Source of the DNA: Paramecium tetraurelia
Lineage: Eukaryota
Assembly: GCA_000165425.1 (NCBI GenBank)
Contig: CT868054.1
Coordinates: 124,001-188,000 of the forward strand
DNA: 64,000 bases
Reading direction: 5' to 3'
In this document: positions 30,076-41,891 of the stretch, piece by piece
Layout: each line of letters begins with the position of its first letter
Position numbering within the stretch: the first letter of the stretch is position 1
Program-made: the position numbers and the translations under genes
The notes under the pieces: model-generated
Databases searched by the model: none
The model's input: the letters and a program-made list of their open reading frames with translations, nothing else
Told to the model about the DNA's origin: nothing

Positions 30076-32057
30076 AAATAGCATTGAATCAATCTTATCT
30101 TTGGAATGAATTTTCTATTTTTATTCATTAATAATGACAATACTAGTTTATAACAATAAACTGATTGAATTATCTACTCTATGCATTCTAATAGTTATTT
30201 AGAATTTTTTTTTTCCAAAATTATGATAAAGACAACTTTATTAAATATAAGTCAAATAATTTCTAGGGTGTAAAAAAATAATATTCTTAAACAAAAAAAA
30301 TGTTTATCCACAAAAGCACTTAGAAAAGAAATAAAATAAAATAAGCATAAGGATTATATATTTGGTGTCAAAGTTTCAATATTATTATGACGAACATTGA
30401 TATCAGTATATTATTATATAAAATAAAGGAATAAGGAATATCTTGAGATTGGTCATCAAATTAGATTCAAATATTCTTCTATCGTTTTTCCGATTATTAT
30501 TATATTATACCCTTGATGGGAATATGAAAACAATGGCATAATTTCAGTGCCAGTTTGAATAATAGGTGAAGGTTATCAGATAAATTTCAAATTTTGGAAA
30601 TTTTAATTTAGATTGTATAACTTTATATTCTATATGAATAGATATTTTATTATATTCAATAATATTCTTGATATAAATTTATCCACTATAGTATTAATGA
30701 TGAATTCTTTGTATCGTCTTTCAAAAAATATTAAAATATTTGCTTATATATCTTAGATGATCGATCTATGCATTTCTAGTTCCATATTAAATAACTTAAA
30801 ATACTCTTTATTACACATCAAACAATTGATAGGATTGAGTCAATTGTGATAAAATATATCGAGATTTTTGCCAGAAAAAATGCTATTACTTATCTTATGT
30901 TGATATACTTTTTCTAGATCATTATGCCCTTGTGCATATATTTAAATAAAGAACAGACTAACCTTGAAGGATTTTCAATAAACTACTCTTATACAAAAAT
31001 ATCTAATTATTATTATTCAATGTATACAATATAATTTTAAAAATCTTATTGTCATTTGAAATAATGGAGTTCTTTAAAAAATTTTACAATTTTATAAACT
31101 GTGGTAATGAGGGTCATAATATTTAATTCAACTTAAAGTTTCCTTTTTCAAGAATGAAATTCGCCAAGTTAAATACTTTCTTCAAGTTTAATCTTGATCT
31201 TAACAATAAACATTGAATAGTCGTTATCATCCTCAATTTCTTCCAGATAAATAATTTAACTTTTAGGTTTTTATTAAAATGCTATTATTTTGGTGTTTCA
31301 ATTTAAATCTTTTGCTAAGTTTACTCAATTAGACGCTTATTTGATTAAGCCATTTAGATTTATACTCTATTTATGGATAAGCCTAATTATTTCGAAATAT
31401 AATTTTTCATTTATGTTTTACAGAATTTTCATTTATTAGGTTATTTATTTTTGTATTTGATTTTGATTTCCTATTAATTGAATTTAGTATTTCTTGTTGG
31501 ATAGATGAAACCTAATGTTACATATTTTTTTTTATTATTATCTCCATTAGAATTTTTGTCTCTTTCATTCTTATGATTTCTTCTTCATTAAAATCTAAGA
31601 TTTTAAGAAAAATTAAAGTTTCTTTTACCAGAAAGATATATATAACTTTTAATGGTAAAATATAATTAACCTATGAAGAACTCTGCTCACAACTATAAAT
31701 TCAAACTTATTTCGTCATCGAACACTCGCCTAAAGTTTTTAATTCAAAGTAGGACTCTACAAATTCATTAAGTCTGTTCAACATGCAGGTTGAAGCTCCT
31801 CCATTGTTTCATTTTTAAAGGGTATCAATTATCATATCTTCTTATTTGCTGATATATCTTCAAAAATAAATATAGAAGCATCAATTTGAAGAACAATTGA
31901 ATTGTGATGAATGGCTGATTTTTAATAATTAAAAATATACAATATAAAAGAATAATCATTTACACTATTTATATTCTTAAAAGAATTACGAAGACCAAGT
32001 TGATTTGAGTACAATTCTATGATTTTATATAACATTAAAATATTTTATTATTTGTTT

Positions 32058-32986
32058 TCAAACAATCCTTCTCTAACTTATATAGCACTTCAAAGTTTAA
32101 CCATTTTATATTTGATATTCCTGGAAAGAACATTCGTGTTGGCATAGCACTCCATTCGAATAAACTATTATTTCTCCTTGTTCGTTTCCAAGACTAATAC
32201 GGATTTTATCAATTAAATCTAACAACAAAGAATTAGGGTTATAACAGGCCTTAAATGATCTTGATGATTGTGGGAATTCTAAATCTACTGTGATTTCTGG
32301 ATTCAATATATTTTTATTTGATAGACCCTTTGGTTGAATTGCTGTAGTTTCTTGTATTTTCATTTCACTTTTGAACAAAGCTTAATCAATCTGGAAATGT
32401 AATTTTTCTTTTTCCTTTTAAGGGTATTATATATCTGGAGATTAATCAAAGTTTTCTTCTAATTCTAAAATCTTACTTATTTTTTTGCTCTCTATCAGTA
32501 TTTTTTCAACTGATTCAGTCAAGCACTTCTTCAGGTCATTTAATAGATTGAGTAATTCTCTTAACTCTTTATCTTTATTCCTTAAGGAATCCTTTTGATC
32601 AAGTAGTTATAAATAGCAGCTGATTTAAGTGTTGCTTAAGTTTATAACCTCCATATCACTACAACCCGATAAATTGTTTTAAATACTATCTACTTATTCA
32701 TACGTCTGTTTATTTTAGCTAATGGCTTTACTCATTTTGCTTTTATATTGTAAATCAATTTCATTTAGTGTTTCCAATAATTAAGTTTGTAAATTTTTCA
32801 TTGTTAACAATTGTTTTAGAAGCTTTCCGACTTAAGTATTTAAATCATTTATGGAAATAACATCATCCTTATTTATTGAGTTTTCTTCAAGGAAGCATTT
32901 TAGGCACATTTTTAGTTTCTTATAAAGTTGAGGTTTCTTACAAATCATAGTTATTAATTCTTACAGGAAAGTGATTAGTTAATCAT
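32058..32986 (-). pseudogene. B-box-like/coiled-coil/ubiquitin-like family member, copy 1 (frameshift in the N-terminal Zn finger)
   Basis: MINQSLSC then a frameshift, resuming ELITMICKKPQLYKKLKMCLKCFLEEN; C-terminal UBL-like ITVDLEFPQSSRSFKACYNPNSLLLDLIDKIRISLGNEQGEIIVYSNGVLCQHECSFQEYQIQNGQTLKCY; TGA 32058-32060. Confidence 0.65.
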
Positions 32987-32997
32987 TGGATACAATA

Positions 32998-33295
32998 AAT
33001 TTTAGTTAATAATAAAAATGTATTAAAATGGATTTATCATTTTTTGCTTAATTAGGAATTATTTATTTTATCTTGGTTTTTGTTTTAAGATATATTATTT
33101 ATGGACTTATCAAGATCTTATTTTTAAATGTTGGCATTATCTTTTTGCATTTTTAGTAAAGCTGATTAATTTTCTTCTTATTCCTCTTCAGGTACAAGAC
33201 TCAAACCTCTATCAACTTGTTTGCTTCCAGGAGCTTATTAATCTATTTCATCCAATCTTGCCATAATTTAATCTTTCAAACCAGGTTTAAGATTT
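32998..33295. repeat. ~298-bp direct copy of 38072-38369 (CEP104 3' end + spacer); also left arm of an inverted repeat with 33548-33840
   Basis: Base-by-base match to 38072-38369 with 4 mixed substitutions; reverse complement of 33548-33840. Confidence 0.95.
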
Positions 33296-33805
33296 CCCTA
33301 CTTTATTTGTTCCACCTGATAAATAGCCAACAAGGATTATATAGGCTAGATTAGAGATAGTATCAAATGTTCTTTAGGAGTTTGGATATGATTAGAGATA
33401 ATTTAATCATCAAGATATTTTCTTCATTTTAGCAACTCCTTGTTTATTTCATTAGGCGAATGAAATTAGACTTTTAAGTATTGAAGTTATAGCAGCTTTA
33501 TATCAATTTGTTGGAGTAGAAATCAGAACTATGGTTGATGCTATTGAAAATCTTAAACCTGGTTTGAAAGATTAAATTATGGCAAGATTGGATGAAATAG
33601 ATTAATAAGCTCCTGAAGCAAACAAGTTGATAGAGGTCTGAGTCTTGTACCTGAAGAGGAATAGGAAGAAAATTAATCAGCTTTACTAAAAAAGCAAAAA
33701 GATAATGCCAACATTTAAGAATAAGATCTTGATAAGTCCATAAATAATATATCTTAAGACAAAAACTAAGATAAAATAAATGATTCCTAATTAAGCAAAA
33801 GATGA
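33292..33805 (+). pseudogene. duplicated 3' fragment of the CEP104-like gene
   Basis: FPTLFVPPDKQPTRIIQARLEIVSNVLQEFGYD...; no 5' part; 1-nt deletion at ~33615 relative to the intact gene. Confidence 0.85.
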
Positions 33806-33860
33806 TAAATCCATTTTAATACATTTTTATTATTAACTAAGATTATTATGACAATAATTA

Positions 33861-34871
33861 ATGAGCAACTCATAGTAAATGTTCTGTCAAGATCATAAAA
33901 ACTAATAAATTACAGCAATTTGTAAAATTCCTCGATCTAATGGTAAAACAAAAATGTGCCAAAGATGCCTTGTAAATGATCGCAGTATCAAAGAGGGAGA
34001 TATTATCTTCATTAATGAATTTGAAACTGAGATAGAAAGTTTGAGATCAGCTTTAGAAACAATACAAAATACACAATTATGATAATTGGAAATATTAAAT
34101 GAGATACATTAATCATAAGATAGATTAAGGTAAGTCATCCTTCTTATGAGACAGAAAAAACATTCTTTAGATAATTTTGTACAAAGATCTTTAAGTTCTT
34201 TGTAAATAGAAAGCATTAACTTAAGTGACAATGAAGTAAGTGATTTTATGTAACTATTTAATCCAACAGGAATTGTTAAGAAGTATAAATCTAGAGTTAT
34301 AAGAATCTCTCAATCCATTAAGAGATTTAAGAACACGTTTAAACTAATAATGTGAAAGGATTCTATAAGACATCTAATCAATAAATCAGATTCTAAATGA
34401 AGAAGAATCAATCTTCTCAGAAAATTAATAAGAAAATTAACATCAGGAACATCAGAATCATGACCTTAATTCATATGTGTCTATGAGTATGTCTTAAGGT
34501 TTTATATTATTATAATAATAGGTTATTAAAGCCGAATTAAAAGTTCATTACTGGAATCATACAAACAAGTCATTTAGAATTCATAATAATAACGCGAGGA
34601 GCTATGTTAAATTCTTCCTGAATAATTAAGATGCTAATATAATTAAACTTTAACAATAATTTTAGTTTTCGATCATTTGGTAAACGCATATGAAATTGAA
34701 ATTGATTCACAAGCGTCTATAGGAGATTTAGCTCAAGAATTCAAAATTGTTCTTAATCATCAAAAAGAAATACTTTTTTCTTTTGAAGGCAATATTTTAG
34801 AAGAGGAATTTACGTTTCAATAACTAAATATTTAAAATGGTTATACCCTCTAAGCTTAACTAATTTATTGA
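33861..34871 (+). pseudogene. B-box-like/coiled-coil/ubiquitin-like family member, copy 2 (in-frame TGA + frameshift as assembled)
   Basis: MSNSQQMFCQDHKNQQITAICKIPRSNGKTKMCQRCLVND; TAA->TGA at 34080-34082, extra C at ~34263; intron ~34499-34521; open UBL exon ...AYEIEIDSQASIGDLAQEFKIVLNHQKEILFSFEGNILEEEFTFQQLNIQNGYTLQAQLIY*. Confidence 0.7.
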
Positions 34872-35204
34872 AAATAAAACATAAATATTATAAACATAAT
34901 TTTTTAATTGTATTATTGTCTTCTAACAAAATTTTTTGAAATTGTTTGAAATCTATAAAATTATTATGTTTATAAAAAGTTAAGTATTTTTCTTGAAAAT
35001 TTTGCTAGCCCAATTAGAAGACTTCTAATATGTTATAGATATAAAACTATGTAAAAGCATAATATCAAAATAAAGTATATTTGTCATATGTTCTTATATA
35101 TAATAGTGTTGCCAATACTTTTCAGAATATATTATATATAGCAACATTACCAAACTTAAATTTAATATATAATAAAATATTTTGTTATAATATTGTTGAA
35201 TTAT

Positions 35205-36055
35205 TTCATACTCTTTATTTTAGATAACAGATTACAACCTGACTGTTTGAAATATATTATTGTTGAAAAGTTCTTTCTAACAGTAGAATAATCTCATTAT
35301 GGTACATTATTATTTTTGGTAAATAATTTCTAATTCATTTGAATTCTTTTCACAAGCTTTCCTATTGAAAGTTATGAATCCAATTAAATATTAATTTCTC
35401 TTTTTTACATAGTGGAATTTAAAAGTTATTTCAATTTGTGAATTTGTTAGATTCTGATTTATTAATCTCTTGGTTAAGGTTAAGCCGAATTTAAATAATT
35501 ATATTTAACTTCCTAATTGATTTTAAATATCTCCTTCACTGGCGTTTGAATAATCTTGTATTTCTAATTAGGAAGTTTCTGATAAGATCTAATACGATAT
35601 GTTTAACTTATATCTATGTTTTCAAAATGACCTAATATAATAATTAAATAAAACTTCTTATCATATTATCATCTAGGAATATAACAGGATTCTATTAAGT
35701 AAAATTTGATTCTTAGAATGATCCTATCTCTTATTTGTACTAATTTGATTGAAATTCTAGGAAAGGTTAACTATTTTTTTATGGTGAAGATTAACTGTAG
35801 CTCGAATTATCCCTTATGATAATATTCTTATTAATTTTCTTATTAAATGGATTTTTCTTCATTAAGAATCTGATCTATTGATTAGATGAATAGAGAAATT
35901 TTCACATCATGTTCTTAAATCTTTTAATGGATCGAGAGATTTTATAACCATAGAATTATATTTCGTAACAATTCCTGTTGATTAAATAGTTCCATAAAAT
36001 CACTACTTCATTGTCGCTAAAGCAATGCTCTCTTATTAAAAAGATTTCTTTACAT
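35205..36055 (-). pseudogene. B-box-like/coiled-coil/ubiquitin-like family member, copy 3 (5'-truncated, multiple indels)
   Basis: 35830-36030 is clearly homologous to 37480-37710 with indels; degenerate UBL (IEITFKFHY...LDSQLSIGKLVKRIQ...ERTFQQQYISNSQVVICYL) across shifting frames. Confidence 0.65.
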
Positions 36056-36914
36056 TAAGTTTAAGAGAGGAGAAAATATAAATAATAGAAAGTGGACTAA
36101 TAGTAAAGTTCCTATAATCTTTATGAGAAACATGAAAACGATCTCAGAATTTACTAAATTGTCTCATAAACTCCAGCTCAAAATGAGCAATTAATTATTA
36201 ATTAATATATTTCAGTTTATAGTGAGTGGAAAGCCTACATTAAGAAAAGATTAGTTATGAAGGATAATCTGAATACTCCTATATTTTTAAAGTAAATTTC
36301 ATATAAAATTGGATTAAAAAATCATATGATAAGTGCTAGTTATTTTTTCTAATCACTAAAATATTATCCTTAGAATTTTTGCAAAAATCTAAACTCCAAA
36401 GAGAAAATTTGTTAACTCTCAAAAACACACGAAAAGTTAGTTCCCTTTAAGACATTCTTAAAACAATTACCGCAAGGCAAAAGCCTGAAGTTTCTTTATT
36501 TTCTCAGTGATACCGAATCCTCAGCATATGCTAATAATTCGAACGAAATTTCTTTTTCTATAATTAAGTCTTTAAAGAAACTCAAGAAGATAAATATTAA
36601 ATACGGCTAGTGATATTAATAACTCTTAAGTAACACCAGTTTTTTGAAACAGGTTTCTTCCTCAATTATTAGAGACATATAAGATATCCAGAGCTCATTT
36701 TTTATTGGTATTTCTTTTAATCATATAACAAATGGCTTCTATAATTTTATAAAGAACTTTAACGATTTAAGAATTTCAAATGAACTAATTATTCTTAATA
36801 GAATAAATTTTATAATTTTATAAGATGTTATTTTTCACCCTCAATAATAAATAACTTAGATATTAATAATTTTCACAACAAATTATTATTAATATTGGCA
36901 AGAAATATTTCCAA

Positions 36915-38625
36915 GACTTCAACAATTCCAAACAATTTTGTTAGAGGACAATAATACAATTAAAAAATTATGTTTTCAAAATATTTATGTTTTATTTTCA
37001 ATATTTTAGCTAACCCTAGAGAGTAAAACCATTTGAAATATTTAATTATTTCAAGGATTTTTCCTCATTTAAAATGTTATTTTTGTACAAAAATATTATT
37101 TCCTTTTGATGATTAAGAACAATTTTGAATTCCTGAGCTAATTCTCCTATGGTCAAATATGGATCAACTTCAACTTCAAAGATATTTGCCAAAATATCGA
37201 AATTTAAATTTATTAAGATGTTTTCATTTAATTCTCTTCCTGATTACCTTTTTAAAATAATTTAGGATGATATTGAATTTACAAACATCTACGTATTAAA
37301 AAGAGATTCATTGATTTAATATTAATAGTTTTAAATGATTTTTTAGAATGATTCCGCTACAGGACTTTCGGCTCGACTATTAGAGAAGTAATAACTTTCG
37401 GGATTAGCTATTATTATAATAATATAAAACCTAAAGACACATATGAATTAAGGTCATGATTCTGATGTTCCTGATGTTAATTTTCTTATTAATTTTCTGA
37501 GAAGATTGATTCTTCTTCATTTAGAATCTGATTTATTGATTAGATGTCTTATAGAATTTTTTCACATTATTAGTTTAAACGTGTTCTTAAATCTTTTAAT
37601 GGATTGAGAGATTTTTATAACTCTAGATTTATACTTCTTAACAATTCCTGTTGATTAAATAGTTACATAAAATCACTTACTTCATTGTCACTTAAGTTAA
37701 TGCTTTCTATTTACAAAGAACTTAAAGATCTTTGTATAAAATTATCTAAAGAATGTTTTTTCTGTCTCATAAGAAGGATGACTTACCTTAATCTATCTTA
37801 TGATTAATGTATTTCATTTAATATTTCCAATTATTATAATTGTGTATTTTGTATTGTTTCTAAAGCTGATTTCAAACTTTCTATCTCAGTTTCAAATTCA
37901 TTAATGAAGATAATATCTCCCTCTTTGATACTGCGATCATTTACAAGGCATTTTTGGCACATTTTTGTTTTACCATTAGATCGAGGAATTTTACAAATTG
38001 CTGTAATTTATTAGTTTTTATGATCTTGACAGAACATTTACTATGAGTTGCTCATTAATTATTGTTATAATAATTTTAGTTAATAATAAAAATGTATTAA
38101 AATGGATTTATCATTTTTTGCTTAATTAGGAATTATTTATTTTATCTTAGTTTTTGTTTTAAGATATATTATTTATGGACTTATCAAGATCTTATTTTTA
38201 AATGTTGGCATTATCTTTTTGCTTTTTTAGTAAAGCTGATTAATTTTCTTCCTATTCCTCTTCAGGTACAAGACTCAGACCTCTATCAACTTGTTTGCTT
38301 CCAGGAGCTTATTAATCTATTTCATCCAATCTTGCCATAATTTAATCTTTCAAACCAGGTTTAAGATTTTCAATAGCATCAACCATAGTTCTGATTTCTA
38401 CTCCAACAAATTGATATAAAGCTGCTATAACTTCAATACTTAAAAGTCTAATTTCATTCGCCTAATGAAATAAACAAGGAGTTGCTAAAATGAAGAAAAT
38501 ATCTTGATGATTAAATTATCTCTAATCATATCCAAACTCCTAAAGAACATTTGATACTATCTCTAATCTAGCCTATATAATCCTTGTTGGCTATTTATCA
38601 GGTGGAACAAATAAAGTAGGGAAAT
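36915..38625. repeat. right arm of ~1.7-kb inverted duplication (partner 33292-34955)
   Basis: Reverse-complement match checked line by line. Confidence 0.95.
36998..38055 (-). CDS. B-box-like zinc finger + coiled coil + C-terminal ubiquitin-like domain protein, copy 4 (intact)
   Basis: Continuous code-6 frame with one 23-nt intron (~37409-37431): C-x2-H-x8-C-x11-C-x2-C N-terminus, heptad-rich middle, ILINLNFDILANIFEVEVDPYLTIGELAQEFKIVLNHQKEIIFLYKNNILNEEKSLKQLNISNGFTLQGQLKY*. Confidence 0.8.
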
Positions 38626-40391
38626 TTGGATCCATGACCATTTTATCAAAGCAGCATTAAACCTATATTATCATAAACTTAATACAAGCATTCCAAGATT
38701 TGCAGCAGGATGTCTGTAGATACTTAAAAGGGTGTGTAAACTAATATCTCTGGCTCTGAAATTCAATTCACTTATTTTTTCTATAAGAATAGGAGTGAAT
38801 TCTTTCAAGACTTTATTAATTATTGCAGGGGATACATCAGTTCCACAAACTGGAGGTGCCAACGCAGTTGATAATATTTTTAATCCGATAAAATATATTG
38901 ATAATATTTTATCCTCCATACAGATTTTAGCAAATTCCATTGCAGCAAGAAATAATTTCTTAGTTTTACCATTTTTATATTTATCTGGAAGTGGCATTTC
39001 TAAGAAATTCAATACTGCTTAAGCACAAGCTTCTCTAATTCTCCAACTATCACTATGAATACCTGTCCAAGCTTTTGCCCCAAATACTGTCAAATATCCC
39101 AATTGATGTAATCTTCTTAATATTTCCAAAGGAATATCAACCATCTTCTCTCCGGCTTATGCGAGTAAAGGATTAAGATATAATTCTAAATCAACATCTC
39201 CTTCATTAAAGGCAAAAGGATTATTGAAATTCAAGAGTGGTTCATCATCTTCTTTTTTTTCTTTCTTCTTCTTCTTTTTAATGTTTCTATCATCTCCTCC
39301 TTTTTCCCACCATGGTGTTTTATCAATTTTGTTATCAATACTTTTACCCAATTAATTTTATTCATCTTATATCATTCTTCTTCTATTTTATTCCTCTAAT
39401 TCTCTTTATCTTCTTAAAGCATCAGCGTTCATTTATTCTTGCATTTCCAAATATTCCAAATGTCTCATATATTCTGCTGTTGTAGGTCTCTATAAATTAA
39501 TCATTTTCTCATATCTACTAGTCTCATATAACGCATCAAAAGTGTCCCTTTTGGCCTCTAATCTTTTTAATCTATTTCTCAATTCCATTGCTCTAAGATA
39601 ATCCTCCTTTGCAACACAAAAACTTAACTCCCTTTTTAATTTCCAAATTTCCTTTCCTATTTCAAAAATTAACTTCATGTCTCTTTTCAATTCCTTAAGG
39701 AATTCAAAATCCTCAACTCTTCTTGCTGAATCTCTCTTTAATTTCAAATCATTTAATGTCTCTCTAGATTCATCATCGATTGGAGCATATTAATAATTTC
39801 TGTCATCATCTTCAAACCAGTTGATCATATCTACAGGTATACCCAAATCAATCAACATCTTATCTACTTTAGCTATCATTCTATACCAATATTGTCTTTC
39901 GCACCGTAGACCTCCTCGCTCTAATCAACAATGTTATAACTCCTTGCAATTCCCCATATTTTTAACAGTGAAATTGAAACTTATCCATAAGGGTTTTAAG
40001 GAGCTCTTTTAGGATGTTCAATTATTTTTATCTTCAAGTAATTCCCGATTCCAGTTAATTTCACTTAAAGAGGTTTAACGTAAACATTCTCGCATTGCCC
40101 AGCCCTTCTATATTCAGCATCATTCCATCCACCATTTAATCCATCCCCTATATAAATGTTCATTTTTGGAATCCCTTTATCAGTTTTACTAGCTATCAAT
40201 AAATGATCGACTTAAATTCTGGTATGAAATCTCAGGATTATCTCAACTGGATAGTCTGCAGTTCTGCTACATTCCCAACTTCTTTGTTATCCATATTATT
40301 AAGTTGACAGAAAGTCTGCAGGAGTATTGAAATCCTCGCTAGAACAAGCTACCACGTGAAATGGAACCCAAGTAAAATCGATTCTATTCAT
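38111..40391 (-). CDS. CEP104: centrosomal/ciliary-tip protein CEP104-like (jelly-roll + coiled coil + TOG domain)
   Basis: N-terminus VPFHVVACSSED...SWECSRTADYPVEIILRF...GNYLKI...NPYGQVSISLLKIWG matches the CEP104 N-domain pattern; coiled coil with VAKEDYLRAMELR; HEAT/TOG segment SDSWRIREACAQAV; one intron ~38663-38687; TGA 38111-38113. Confidence 0.85.
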
Positions 40392-41891
40392 TTTAATAAG
40401 AGTATATTAATTATTAAGTAAATAAACAAATTCTAATTCAAAAACTCCTCACAAGGCTAAATCAACATCTGGTTATATAAAATCTTCTTTGATAAATATA
40501 TTACTAACCATGCGTATTAATTTATTTTACCAATATTTCCTTATCTATATAAATTAAATCAATAAATAATAACATTATATAATATAATCCTATTCTAAAT
40601 CATTTTTCTTGTGCATATAATTTTGATATAACAATTAAAAATTTAGGCAAATGAAGATTATTATACAAATTTGTTTAAATTCATAATAGGTTAAACTAAT
40701 TTATTAGAATTTAAATATAAACAATTACACTTTATATATATCTAATATTTATAATATACTAAATTCAATTATTATTAACTTAAAACATCTTTCTGCCTTC
40801 ATATTTATAAATTTATCAAACATTTCTTCTAAAAAGCTATGCAGTACAAAAATGCATCAAATGTACATAAGGTTCCTTTACTTGCTTAAATATTTGATGC
40901 TATTAATCTATAAATAACATAGTAACTATAATTGCTTGATATTTCAAATAAACTGTCTCCAATTTTGTTAGTAAGACCAATAGCCAGATTGAACACATAA
41001 TTAGATGCATTTATATTATCGAGTTAACTAATAAACTGGACGATTTTAGTCAATAGCAGAGTGTTAAGAAATTTAGGTTAGATTTGAAGGGTATAAAAAT
41101 AAAACTAATAATATGAATAAATAAGCAACACTTCTATAATATTTGTCACAATAGTAAAGGCTTGGAGTGTCTTGAATAATTAAAATACTTACTTCAGTAT
41201 TCTAAATGCATTAGCAATTTCTACATTAACATTCATCTTAAATGCAGTGAGTTTGAATGGATTATATTTATCATTTTAAACTCCTATTGATATTGAAGAA
41301 ATAATTCTAAATAGCCATCTAATTGAAATATTATTAAGAATGTATATATTGTTAAAATTGTATTATAATTTGGTATTGAATTTATAAAATATTGATAGAA
41401 TACCAATTACGAATCAAATTAATAATTATTTATTGATTAGTATTACTAAATATTTATAGAAGGTTGATTCATCTTTGAAGAGTAAAGTAAGATTAAGTCT
41501 GTGTTGAATGTGCATCAAATATAATGCTCGCATTTTAGTCAATATCTCTTTTTATAATTTGCAAAATCTCAGCTATCAATTTTGTTATGATCTATACTTC
41601 TTAATTATAATTAACACTTTTTGTTTAATTAAGATATAAATTTACGTCAACACTATAATATAGAAAAAAAAAATATACGTAGGGTTTTGGTCTTTTTATT
41701 TAAACTTAATTTTTTTATCATATTTGTTAAATTTTTATGAAACATTCTTGATTCTTAATCTACTTGAGGAAATATTATTAAAAAATAGATAAAATCATTT
41801 ATTGATTTTAAATAAATAGATAAATATTAAACCTAAAAATATCTAAATTTCAAAAATTGATTAACTCATTAAATTAATTAAAAATATAAAT

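Larger units (their letters stand above)
33292..34955. repeat. left arm of ~1.7-kb inverted duplication (partner ~36915-38625)
   Basis: 33292-34492 is the near-exact reverse complement of ~37433-38625; similarity continues at lower identity through the UBL exon and 3' flank. Confidence 0.95.

Noticed and set aside
34080..34082. In-frame TGA as selenocysteine or readthrough codon
   Set aside because: The intact paralog has TAA (Gln) here, and a frameshift follows at ~34263; it is one of the A->G changes.
33292..38625. Diversity-generating retroelement (TR/VR pair differing at adenines)
   Set aside because: No reverse transcriptase is visible in the window. Changes are A->G only rather than A->N, the repeat is over 1 kb and inverted, and the mutated part is the constant region rather than the variable C-terminus.
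40750..41300. Possible minus-strand gene
   Set aside because: A partial open frame exists, but I found no coherent start, splicing or recognisable motif; AT-rich frames stay open by chance under code 6.
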